Shown here: positions 48,463 to 56,908 of the stretch, in pieces
How the letters are laid out: each line of letters opens with the position of its first letter
Numbering within the stretch: the stretch's first letter is position 1
From: Candidatus Kapaibacterium sp.
GTDB taxonomy: Bacteria > Bacteroidota > Ignavibacteria > Kapaibacteriales > UBA4661
DNA: 64,000 nt
Assembly (NCBI GenBank): GCA_025358765.1
Contig: JANYIG010000165.1
Location: 6,024-70,023, forward strand
Direction: 5' to 3'
Position numbers and translations under genes: made by a program
The notes under the pieces: generated by a model
What the model was told of the DNA's origin: nothing
Databases searched by the model: none
Seen by the model: the letters and a program-made list of their open reading frames with translations, nothing else

Positions 48463-48843
48463 AAACAGCTATGCTATACCGAACCACGTACCACAATTGC
48501 TGAGGGGCATATCGTGAATACGCCATGCAATTGGCGCTATAGTCATATCTATTTGGAATCGCTCAGATTTTGAACAGAGCAGAGACTTTTTGGGAGTTTT
48601 GCACAACGATGCTGCTTCGCAGTGCAAGGAATATGACAGTTGATGTATATTCGACATGCAAGGTACAAGTCTTTATAGGTATTTTCCAAGAAATTTTTTC
48701 GATACTTGCCGTTTTCTACTCAAATTTCACATTTTCACCACGTTCAACACGATATATCTCTGCTTCTGGCATCAAAGTTGAAGATTACATTACAATATTA
48801 TTGGCGATTTCTCGATGAACCTCATAAATCTCTTAAATCCGTT

Positions 48844-49755
48844 ATGAACGAACTATATCTTTCCATTCGCCATTTTCTTGAATACTGCGAAATTGAACGG
48901 GCGTACTCCCCGCGTACTGTTGATGGTTACAGGCTTGCATTAGAGCAGTTTACCGACTGCATGAAAGACCTCTATGGCGAACTGCCCACAGTCACGTCTA
49001 TCACGGCACACGATATTCGCGTTTTCCCTGGCTGGCTCCACGATAACGGTCAAGTGAACAATACAATTCGGATGAAAATCGCGGCTGTGAAGTCCTTCTT
49101 TAAATATTGCCTTAAAAAATCTATCACGACCAATAATCCGGCAGCGGTTGTCTCTTCGCCAAAACATGACAAAAAACTGCCCTCGTTTCTTCAGCAAGAG
49201 GAAGTTTCGGCACTGATGGATACATTCGACACAACCACGCCCAAAGGCGCACGAGATGCGGCTATTGCTGAACTATTGTATAGTTGCGGGCTACGCGTGA
49301 GCGAACTCACAGCACTCAACGCGGATACAGTGAATGTAAACGACCAGCAAGTAAAAATTATCGGAAAAGGTGGTAAAGAGCGCATTGTTCCCATAGGAAC
49401 TCGCGCCATTACTGCGCTGCGGCACTGGCTTTCGATGCGAAACCAGCTTAGAAGCTCGTCCTACAAAGGTGCGCCGGAGAATGCCTTGTTTTTATCAGTG
49501 CGAGGCTTACGAATCAATTCTGCTGAGGTGTATAGGATTATTCATGCTTCGATGCGTGAGGTAACGGAAACGCGCCAGAAAAGTCCCCACGTTTTGCGGC
49601 ACAGCTTTGCGACGCATCTGCTCGACAACGGTGCGGATATTTATGCGGTAAGCCAGATGCTCGGTCATTCATCGCTTTCAACCACACAAATTTATACGCA
49701 CGTTTCGATAGACCGTCTAAAACAATCGTACAAAATGGCGCATCCAAGAGCGTGA
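48844..49755 (+). CDS. xerC: Tyrosine recombinase XerC/XerD type
   Basis: ELLYSCGLRVSEL, GKGGKERIVP, HVLRHSFATHLL, LGHSSLSTTQIYTH, HPRA. Start set at ATG 48844. Confidence 0.88.
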   Translation: MNELYLSIRHFLEYCEIERAYSPRTVDGYRLALEQFTDCMKDLYGELPTVTSITAHDIRVFPGWLHDNGQVNNTIRMKIAAVKSFFKYCLKKSITTNNPAAVVSSPKHDKKLPSFLQQEEVSALMDTFDTTTPKGARDAAIAELLYSCGLRVSELTALNADTVNVNDQQVKIIGKGGKERIVPIGTRAITALRHWLSMRNQLRSSSYKGAPENALFLSVRGLRINSAEVYRIIHASMREVTETRQKSPHVLRHSFATHLLDNGADIYAVSQMLGHSSLSTTQIYTHVSIDRLKQSYKMAHPRA

Positions 49756-49799
49756 AAAAATGCAGTTGTATGAGTGAGTATGTGTTTACAAGTATTGTT

Positions 49800-50341
49800 A
49801 TGCTTTCCCCCCTTCATCTGTCATTTCGGCGCTGTGGTGAATCATAGTGAAAAAATAACGAAGTGACGCGGGTGAGGCATCACTTCGTATTCGTGCGCGG
49901 TGAAACACACGAGTTCGTTCCATACCTCCAATCGTCGCACAAAACGCCTTTTCACTCCCGTACAGGGTCTCATTCTGTCGGCGTTCTTCGTCTTGCGCTG
50001 CGTGGCTCTTCGATGTGTTCCTGGCATAATGAAGCGTTGGTGGCGCTTGTGGTGCATCATGGCAAACTATCGTGGTGGATAGCTTCCTTGCGTTGTGATG
50101 GTGTTTGGTGAGTCTATCGTGGTGATTTATCTGTGGTGATAGACACGTGGTGTTCAATCAGGCGTTCAAATCAATCGCGCCGAAATGACAGCGTTGGGAA
50201 ACTATGGTGACGGCATGAGACAGCATGAGTGCATTAGGTGAAGCGTGGTGGATGCTGTGGTGAAATCGTTCAAATACATAAGCCATCAAATTTCTCTGTG
50301 GTGATTTGCGGGATGTCAAAGAACACTATACTCATTTGGTG
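49800..50341 (-). ncRNA. Candidate ~540-nt structured RNA with repeated loop-displayed CACC(AC) motifs (ends approximate)
   Basis: 17 GGTG on the + strand and no CACC; perfect 15-bp IR at 49818-49832/50177-50191; hairpins whose wobbles favour the minus strand; upstream sigma54 box. Confidence 0.6.
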
Positions 50342-50351
50342 CTTGACATAA

Positions 50352-50367
50352 TACAAACATCGTGCCA
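50352..50367 (-). promoter_or_regulatory. sigma54 (-24/-12) promoter
   Basis: Minus strand reads TGGCACGATGTTTGTA, matching TGGCAC-N5-TTGC/T. Confidence 0.65.
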
Positions 50368-50465
50368 GTACACATTTGACAGAGACATTTGCCTTTAAGT
50401 TGTTGTTGTACCTTGCTTTCATCGAATCGGCATAATCCGATTACCTTGTAGCCGTCTCGGAATCT

Positions 50466-50502
50466 AATGTCTCAAAAAGAAACGTTGAATCAAAACAAGA
50501 CA
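50466..50502. promoter_or_regulatory. Candidate enhancer (bEBP-binding) sites
   Basis: aaTGTCTC-aaaaa-GAAACGtt (50466-50486) and degenerate TGAATC-aaaac-AAGACA (50486-50502), 100-135 bp upstream of the -24 box. Confidence 0.45.
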
Positions 50503-50537
50503 GATTACAACAGAGCCTTAAAATCAGATATTGAACA

Positions 50538-51593
50538 ATGAATACCCATACAGATTCGATAAAACCTCGTATTGTGGTGATTGGCGTTGGGCATTTAGGC
50601 GCAATTCACGTTAAACTTTGGACGCAGAATGCTCAGGCAGTGTTGGTAGGTGTTTTGGACGAAAATGCAGAGCGTGCTCAGGCAGTGCTTTCTGAAGTTG
50701 GAAATCTTGACAGCCGCGTTTTTACGTCATTGGCGGAAGCATTGAAAAATGCCGATGCTGTGAGCATCGTTACGCCAACTTCGACACATTTTGACATTGC
50801 TACATTAGCTCTCAGCGCCGGCAAACACTGCTTTATCGAAAAACCCATCACGACGACTTCCCTACAAGCTCTGGAGCTTAATACACTCGCCGAGCAGAAC
50901 GGATGCGTCATTCACGTCGGACACGTAGAGCGCTTCAATCCAGCGCTACGGGCGTTCCAAAGCTCCACGCAACACTATGATTTTGCACCACTCTTTATTG
51001 AGGCACACCGTTTGGCACAGTTCAAGCCCCGTGCAACGGATGTTTCCGTGATTTTAGATTTGATGATTCACGATATTGATATCGTACTTTGGCTCGTGAA
51101 ATCGCGTGTGGTACAGATTGATGCTAATGGCGTTGCTGTGCTGACGGACACGCCAGATATTGCCAATGCCCGCATCCGCTTCGAGAACGGTTGTGTGGCA
51201 AATCTGACCGCCTCGCGCATTACGCAAAAGCCAATGCGGAAAATGCGCGTGTTCCAACGCGATGCCTACGTCTCGATGGATTTTGCTGAAAAAAGTGTGG
51301 AAGTGTTCCGATTAATGGACGAAGAAGGTGCTGGAAACGCTATGCAAAGCAGCCTTGCAGGCGGTGTGCCGGCAATGATGTTGGGCAATATTGAGGCAGG
51401 AACACGCAACCGTGCTATCCTTTTTGAAAAACCGATTGTGACTGATTCTAACGCTATTGCCGCCGAACAACAGCATTTTCTGGATGCCATTCGACTTGGC
51501 GATGCGTCGGCTACACCACCTGCCACCACTGCCCTCGAAGCCGCCGAAGCGCTCCGCGTTGCAGAAATCATTACTGCACAGATGATGGGGTAG
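50538..51593 (+). CDS. Gfo/Idh/MocA-family oxidoreductase (possibly GnnA-like)
   Basis: GVGHLG Rossmann motif, IEKP, GHVERFNP, DLMIHDID. Confidence 0.88.
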   Translation: MNTHTDSIKPRIVVIGVGHLGAIHVKLWTQNAQAVLVGVLDENAERAQAVLSEVGNLDSRVFTSLAEALKNADAVSIVTPTSTHFDIATLALSAGKHCFIEKPITTTSLQALELNTLAEQNGCVIHVGHVERFNPALRAFQSSTQHYDFAPLFIEAHRLAQFKPRATDVSVILDLMIHDIDIVLWLVKSRVVQIDANGVAVLTDTPDIANARIRFENGCVANLTASRITQKPMRKMRVFQRDAYVSMDFAEKSVEVFRLMDEEGAGNAMQSSLAGGVPAMMLGNIEAGTRNRAILFEKPIVTDSNAIAAEQQHFLDAIRLGDASATPPATTALEAAEALRVAEIITAQMMG

Positions 51594-51601
51594 TTGTACG
51601 A

Positions 51602-52039
51602 TTATCGTTCTACGGTCATCATCGTGGCTTGCATCAGCGCCACCGCTCGTTCTTCGCCGTTTTTTACCGCGAGTACTTCGCCCGTACAGATGGTGAGCGT
51701 CTTCCCAGCTTTTACGACCTGCCCGCGAGCAATAAAGCGCTCTCCGACGGCGGGTGCGAGCATGTTAATTTTGAACTCCACAGAAACCACATCCGCATCA
51801 TCGGGCATCAACGTCAAAGCAGCATAACCACAAGCACTATCCACGATCGTCGTCGTCACGCCCGCATGAAGAAAACCTTGTTGCTGGAGAATATGCGGCG
51901 CGTACGGCAATTCGATAAGAACCTCGCCCGCACGAATGCTCACAAGTGATGCTCCAAGCGTTGCCATGATAGTTTGTTTTGTAAAACTTTCCCGCACACG
52001 GTCTTCAAATGCGGGGTTAGAGGGAGTAAATATGTTCAT
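51602..52039 (-). CDS. PaaI-family thioesterase
   Basis: QQQGFLHAG...DSACG, VEFKINML hotdog-fold motifs. Confidence 0.9.
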   Translation of the reverse strand: MNIFTPSNPAFEDRVRESFTKQTIMATLGASLVSIRAGEVLIELPYAPHILQQQGFLHAGVTTTIVDSACGYAALTLMPDDADVVSVEFKINMLAPAVGERFIARGQVVKAGKTLTICTGEVLAVKNGEERAVALMQATMMTVER

Positions 52040-52067
52040 GTCAAGATTTGGGTTTCAAATGAAGGTA

Positions 52068-53075
52068 TTACCAGCGTTCGGGAAGAACTGCTCCAGAAAG
52101 CCGCACAGGTACTGGTGGTGCAGGGGCAATGTACGGCGTTCGTGCCACAAGGCGCTTGCCGTCAACTTCAGATCGCCATTCTGCTGCGCCGGAACGTACT
52201 ATCTCTGTCAATAGATTTTCTGCAAAGATCGCGGGTGCTTGGTTGAAGATATGTCGGCTAAAATCCAGTAACCACAAACATTCCAGCAAATAAGGCTCCA
52301 CATCAGCTTCTTGCAACCCGTCGCGGAGCATCAGCGCATACGCGAAAATCCGCTTTGCACCGTGCCACGCCATTTTTTCTGGCTCCGTAAGCCACGAGCG
52401 ATACCGTTTGAGCGCAGCCTCTATTGCTGTCTTTGGCTCATCAATCACAGCCCCATGCCCAGAATATGCCACGCGAATCGACATGACTGCAAAGCGCTCT
52501 AATACTTCGATGGAGCGTTCGAGTGTACCCGCGCCCTCGCGGAAAGGATTCAACCACGCAACGTCGTCGCGTTGCAATACATCACCACACAAAAGTACCT
52601 GCTCATGCGGCTCGTAGAGCGCGATATGACCAAGCGTGTGTGCCGGAGTGTGCAATACGCGTAGAGTGACAGAGCCAGTGGAAAGTTCATCGCCTTCGGA
52701 CAATACTTGTTGCACGGTATAGGACTCTATGGGTTGGTCGAGCCAAGCAGCCGTGCAGGCTTCACGGTCGCGGCGATTGACGAGACTTGCATCCCATCGG
52801 TGTGCTGCAATAGGCGTTCCAAAGCGGTTTTGAAAAAAATGGTTGCCACCAACGTGATCGGAGTGATAATGCGTGTTGACGATGAGAGCGATTTTTTCTG
52901 GTGGAACACCCGCAGCACCTATCAATGCTTGTGTTTCGGCGATATCACTACCAAAACCTGTATCCACGAGAATAGGGCGTTCGCCATGCAAAAGGACGCT
53001 GTTTGCGCTTGGGAAGCGGCGTTCAAGGAAAGTCAGCCATAACGGAGGGTTCATCGCCACTTTCATGCTCACCAC
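52068..53075 (-). CDS. MBL-fold metallo-hydrolase (start may be 53066)
   Basis: LVDTG, THYHSDHVGG, HTPAHT, CGD, SGHG. Confidence 0.9.
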   Translation of the reverse strand: MVSMKVAMNPPLWLTFLERRFPSANSVLLHGERPILVDTGFGSDIAETQALIGAAGVPPEKIALIVNTHYHSDHVGGNHFFQNRFGTPIAAHRWDASLVNRRDREACTAAWLDQPIESYTVQQVLSEGDELSTGSVTLRVLHTPAHTLGHIALYEPHEQVLLCGDVLQRDDVAWLNPFREGAGTLERSIEVLERFAVMSIRVAYSGHGAVIDEPKTAIEAALKRYRSWLTEPEKMAWHGAKRIFAYALMLRDGLQEADVEPYLLECLWLLDFSRHIFNQAPAIFAENLLTEIVRSGAAEWRSEVDGKRLVARTPYIAPAPPVPVRLSGAVLPERW

Positions 53076-53602
53076 GGATAGCCTTGTAAGTCAATAGCGG
53101 TAGGGGTAAATTGTCCAGCCGTACCGGTGTGCAGCATCGTATTTGCTTGCCATGTTTCTTTGCTGCCATCAGGCTTGTTGAATTGGAGCGAGCAACCTAC
53201 GACGTACCATCCTGCGTGTTCGTAATACGGTACTAAGTGGTCACGACAGAGCAGCAAGCCGCATTCTGCCTTGAGTTCATTAAACATAAAGCGATAGACT
53301 TCCTCTAGCACGGATGTTGCGTAGCCTTTGTGACGATGCTCTGCAGGCGTGACGGCATTGCTGAGTCCTGCAACTTTGACGGCTTCGGCATCGAAGAGGA
53401 CGCGCTTATTGACAATGCCTACAAAACTCACAATCTCTCGCCCACGCCGTGCAACTGCCATCCAGTCCGGCTCTGCCCATTTGTAGCGACGCACAATATC
53501 AAGATGCCCAAATTCCTGATGCGTGAGCATATCAATCTGCTGACGCAGTGCTGGCGGCAGGTCTTTGGTTCGTTGAATGGCAATTGTAATCTCAGGTTCC
53601 AT
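53069..53602 (-). CDS. GNAT-family N-acetyltransferase
   Basis: VTPAEHRHKGYA acetyl-CoA motif and LVPYYEHAGW. Start set at ATG 53602. Confidence 0.85.
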   Translation of the reverse strand: MEPEITIAIQRTKDLPPALRQQIDMLTHQEFGHLDIVRRYKWAEPDWMAVARRGREIVSFVGIVNKRVLFDAEAVKVAGLSNAVTPAEHRHKGYATSVLEEVYRFMFNELKAECGLLLCRDHLVPYYEHAGWYVVGCSLQFNKPDGSKETWQANTMLHTGTAGQFTPTAIDLQGYPW

Positions 53603-53843
53603 AGTCGTAAGCCCAAAGAAAGTGGAAAATTCCTGACGATAAACGCGGAGGAGCAATGCTAAAACAATGTTAAAAGATACAACACCGTTTGAGCCGGAGC
53701 AACACAAAAAACGATAGTACGTTATTTTCTTTCGCCGAACGCCAACTGCACCGCCAAACCCGCTAAAATTGAACCCATCACATGCTTCTGAACCCCTCTT
53801 TCCGCGAAGGAGAAATTTCCTATATGAAGCGTCGCTTTACGCT

Positions 53844-55022
53844 CTACGATTGACCAGAGTTCTCAATAAATATGCGCTGCGCTGCGGCAACGCCGCTTCC
53901 CGGCTTGAACGAGTGTTCAACGCGCTTTAAGGCATGTTCGATAGCACCCAACACTGTGAGCATATCGCCTTCATCGTAGTAGCCTAAATGTGACACACGA
54001 AAAATCACATCTTTGATACTGTCCTGCCCCGAGGTCACGGTGATGCCGTAATCTTTTTTGAGCATCGTCAGGAACTGTTTACCCATTGCGGGTTGGTTGA
54101 TGGCAGTCACGGCGTGGGATGGCGATTCGCTGAACAGCGAGAGGTTTAATGCCTGCACGCCTGCACGAAGACCTTTTGACAAAGTTTCATGGCGTTTCCA
54201 GACGTTTTCTACGCCTTCATCTATAATCATTTGCAACGCGGGAGCAAGCCCCACAAAGAGCGTTACAGCTGGTGTCCACGGAGTTGAATGTTCTTCCCAT
54301 GCGGCTTTTGCTTTTTTCAGGTCGAAGTAAAATTTCGGAAGTTTAGCAGTCGCGGCTTTATCCCACGCACGTTGGCTGAGGGCAACAAAAGCAAGTCCGG
54401 GTGGAATCATCAAACCTTTTTGCGAACCAGTAATCAACACGTCCAAGCCCCACTCATCCATGCGGCACTCATGCGCCCCGACGGAGGTGATGCCGTCAAT
54501 ACAAACCAGCGCGTTGGAATTTGCCCGAATTACTTGTGCCATACGCTTAATATCGGTGTATGTGCCGGTGGAGGTTTCGCTGTGTACGAGCCACACACAT
54601 TTCGCGTCGGGATGTTGTTTCAGCGTACTCGCAAGCTGATCTTCGCTCACTGCTTTGCCCCATTCGACAGCGATTTCCACGCTTTCCATACCGAAAGTCT
54701 TCATCATTTCCCCCCACCGCTCGGCGAATTTGCCATTATTGACGTTGATGCCTTTGTCGCCGGGTGAAAAAAGACTTGTCATCGCTGCTTCCGCCGCGCC
54801 CGTACCAGAAGACGTGAGTGACAACACAGGCTGCACGGTGCAAAAGAGTGTTTGCAGGTTTTGGTTAATACGCTCCATAATAGCGATAAATTCGGGATGC
54901 CGATGGTGGATAATCGGCTGCGCCATTTGCAGCATCACATGTTCAGGAACAGGCGTGGGACCGGGTGTGAACAGACGGGGTTTTCGCATAGAGGTGTCGT
55001 GCTTGGTTGCTTCGTGCTTCAT
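53844..55022 (-). CDS. Class V PLP aminotransferase (alanine-glyoxylate/serine-pyruvate type)
   Basis: LFTPGPT, SSGTG, VHSETSTG, GSQKGLMIPPG. Confidence 0.92.
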   Translation of the reverse strand: MKHEATKHDTSMRKPRLFTPGPTPVPEHVMLQMAQPIIHHRHPEFIAIMERINQNLQTLFCTVQPVLSLTSSGTGAAEAAMTSLFSPGDKGINVNNGKFAERWGEMMKTFGMESVEIAVEWGKAVSEDQLASTLKQHPDAKCVWLVHSETSTGTYTDIKRMAQVIRANSNALVCIDGITSVGAHECRMDEWGLDVLITGSQKGLMIPPGLAFVALSQRAWDKAATAKLPKFYFDLKKAKAAWEEHSTPWTPAVTLFVGLAPALQMIIDEGVENVWKRHETLSKGLRAGVQALNLSLFSESPSHAVTAINQPAMGKQFLTMLKKDYGITVTSGQDSIKDVIFRVSHLGYYDEGDMLTVLGAIEHALKRVEHSFKPGSGVAAAQRIFIENSGQS

Positions 55023-55306
55023 TACTTAGTTATTCGTTGGTTTTTTGACACACGAAGGTACGAAATTTGCACTTTCCACGCAAAAAGCTGTTTTTTTAGT
55101 TCTCCGTATATGCGCTTACTTTAGCCTACAGCAAGTACGAGACAAAATGTAAAAATGAGAATTGTTAGAATGATATGGGTTAGACGATCCATTCGTTCAT
55201 CACGTTCAGAACGCAATTCTACTCTCATAACGCACCTTTGGATGATTAAGAATTATTGTGTTGTTATTAGGACAAAAACAATGGGACGAAAAACAAGTAA
55301 CATTCT

Positions 55307-56464
55307 CTATAATGCTGTGCAGGGCAGGTCAATTGTGACAGTTGTTTCTTCCCCCAAAACGCTTATGATACTCAGGTTTCCTTCAAATACCTCCATAATT
55401 TTTTTAACGATTGCTAACCCCATTCCAATACCTTGTTGTTCAAATCGCGCACGATCAAACTGCATGAATGCACCGATGCTCGTTACTTGTTCCGGCGACA
55501 TGCCGCGTCCGTGGTTGTTTATGGCGAGATAACATCGCCCGAGGTTGTACCATAACGAAATGCTGATTGCCGAGCCTTGCGGCGAATATCGGCAAGCGTT
55601 TTCTACCAATTGTTCAACCGCAATCGTCATGTATCCGGGCGTTATTGACACATTGTAGTTTTGGTAATCGTGCCGCGTCTTTTGCTCCTGCGCCATGAGC
55701 GACTCGCGGGGAACTTCTATGTGCATATCACCCACGCGCTGAAACATATAGGCGATACTCATTGCTTTTTCAACCATAATCGGCTCTGGGAGTACAACCG
55801 ACTGCGTTCGCAACTGTTCAAGCTCGCAACGGTCGTGAGTCATAAATTCTAATTTTGCATATAACAAAATATCTTCCAGCAATTGATGAAGTCTTTGTGA
55901 AGAATGATGAATTTGGGCAAGAATTTCAAGCGAGTCCTTAACAGGCAGCGTCGGCAATATATCCTGAAGTAGTTCCGTACCCCCAAGGATAGACGTAAGA
56001 GGTGTGCGGAATTCGTGCGCCAACATAATATCCAACAGCGCGTTCCGATACAATCCCATCGTTTGGTGGGAATGATACTCCGCAATGACTGTATGGCGCT
56101 GTAGTCGCTGGCTCACAACATCAGCAACCTCCGACGGGTACAGCGGCTTAACAATAAAATCGTCTGCCCCATACCGCATCACTACTTGCGGGTTAGCATC
56201 TTCGTCAGGCTCAACCAAACACACGATGGGCAGATGTTTCCACATCGGAGATTGGCGAATAGCACACAAAGCATTCTCATGGTTACACAACGATGATAGA
56301 GAAACAGCCGCAACAATAATATCTGGCTTGAATTCATCGTCCATGCTCTCCACAGCCTGTGCAAACGTAGCCGCATACTTCACCCGATATGATAACGACT
56401 GCATCGTCTCCATTAGTTTCTGCGCCGTATCGCTATGCTGCTCAATAATAAGAATGTGTTTCAT
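55307..56464 (-). CDS. Cytoplasmic hybrid kinase: degenerate receiver + HisKA + HATPase
   Basis: N-terminal REC fold (GADDFIVKP), H-box AHEFRTPL, ENACRYS, GIGMGLAIV. Start set at ATG 56464. Confidence 0.85.
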   Translation of the reverse strand: MKHILIIEQHSDTAQKLMETMQSLSYRVKYAATFAQAVESMDDEFKPDIIVAAVSLSSLCNHENALCAIRQSPMWKHLPIVCLVEPDEDANPQVVMRYGADDFIVKPLYPSEVADVVSQRLQRHTVIAEYHSHQTMGLYRNALLDIMLAHEFRTPLTSILGGTELLQDILPTLPVKDSLEILAQIHHSSQRLHQLLEDILLYAKLEFMTHDRCELEQLRTQSVVLPEPIMVEKAMSIAYMFQRVGDMHIEVPRESLMAQEQKTRHDYQNYNVSITPGYMTIAVEQLVENACRYSPQGSAISISLWYNLGRCYLAINNHGRGMSPEQVTSIGAFMQFDRARFEQQGIGMGLAIVKKIMEVFEGNLSIISVLGEETTVTIDLPCTAL

Positions 56465-56908
56465 TATCAGGTTGAGGTTATGGAAGACCTGAATCGGCGG
56501 AGCATATGTACTTAATCTTATGTTCGCGGTAAAATAGTAGAACGAACGGTATAAGACAATGAGGAATGAGTAAAAAGGGGGATTGAGTGAGTGAAACAGG
56601 TGAATCTGTGAGTGAAAATTCACAGGCAGTCGTCGGGGTATATTTTCGGCGGTTCTAAAAGTAAGCGCAAAAGATTACGGAAATTATCCAACGTCAATCC
56701 GGCGAGTTATCAGGTAAGTTATGTCTTGGAAGTTATTCTGACGTTGGCTCCGTACCCGCCTCCACTCTTTGATTCTACAGTTTCTGGATTCGTGCCTAAC
56801 CATCAGGTTCGCCATCGTAAAATTCTCAACGATAGAGCCTTTATGAAGCACGACCATATCAAGCGCTTGCACATTTTCGCGCAAACGGGCTTGATGTTTC
56901 ATCTACGT

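Noticed and set aside
48844..49755. xerC as a prophage or island integrase
   Set aside because: Length and motifs (LPSFL, HSFATHLL, HPRA) are those of housekeeping Xer recombinases. I saw no att repeats or phage genes, and recognised no dif site.
49798..50157. 119-aa and 72-aa minus-strand ORFs and 82/60-aa plus-strand ORFs
   Set aside because: No recognisable domain. The CACC motifs fall in different frames and extend beyond the ORFs, so His-rich coding does not explain them. A small peptide cannot be fully excluded.
49800..50341. CRISPR array, tmRNA, RNase P RNA or CsrB identity for the repeat region
   Set aside because: Repeats are only 4-6 nt and irregularly spaced, with no cas genes. 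I found no GAGGAAAGUCC and no tRNA-like ends, and the repeated motif is not GGA.
56465..56908. ORFs 56612-57163 and 56684-56902, and a possible sigma54 box near 56790
   Set aside because: The ORFs lack motifs and one is antisense to the NtrC-family gene. AGGCACGAATCCAG lacks the -12 TTG element.
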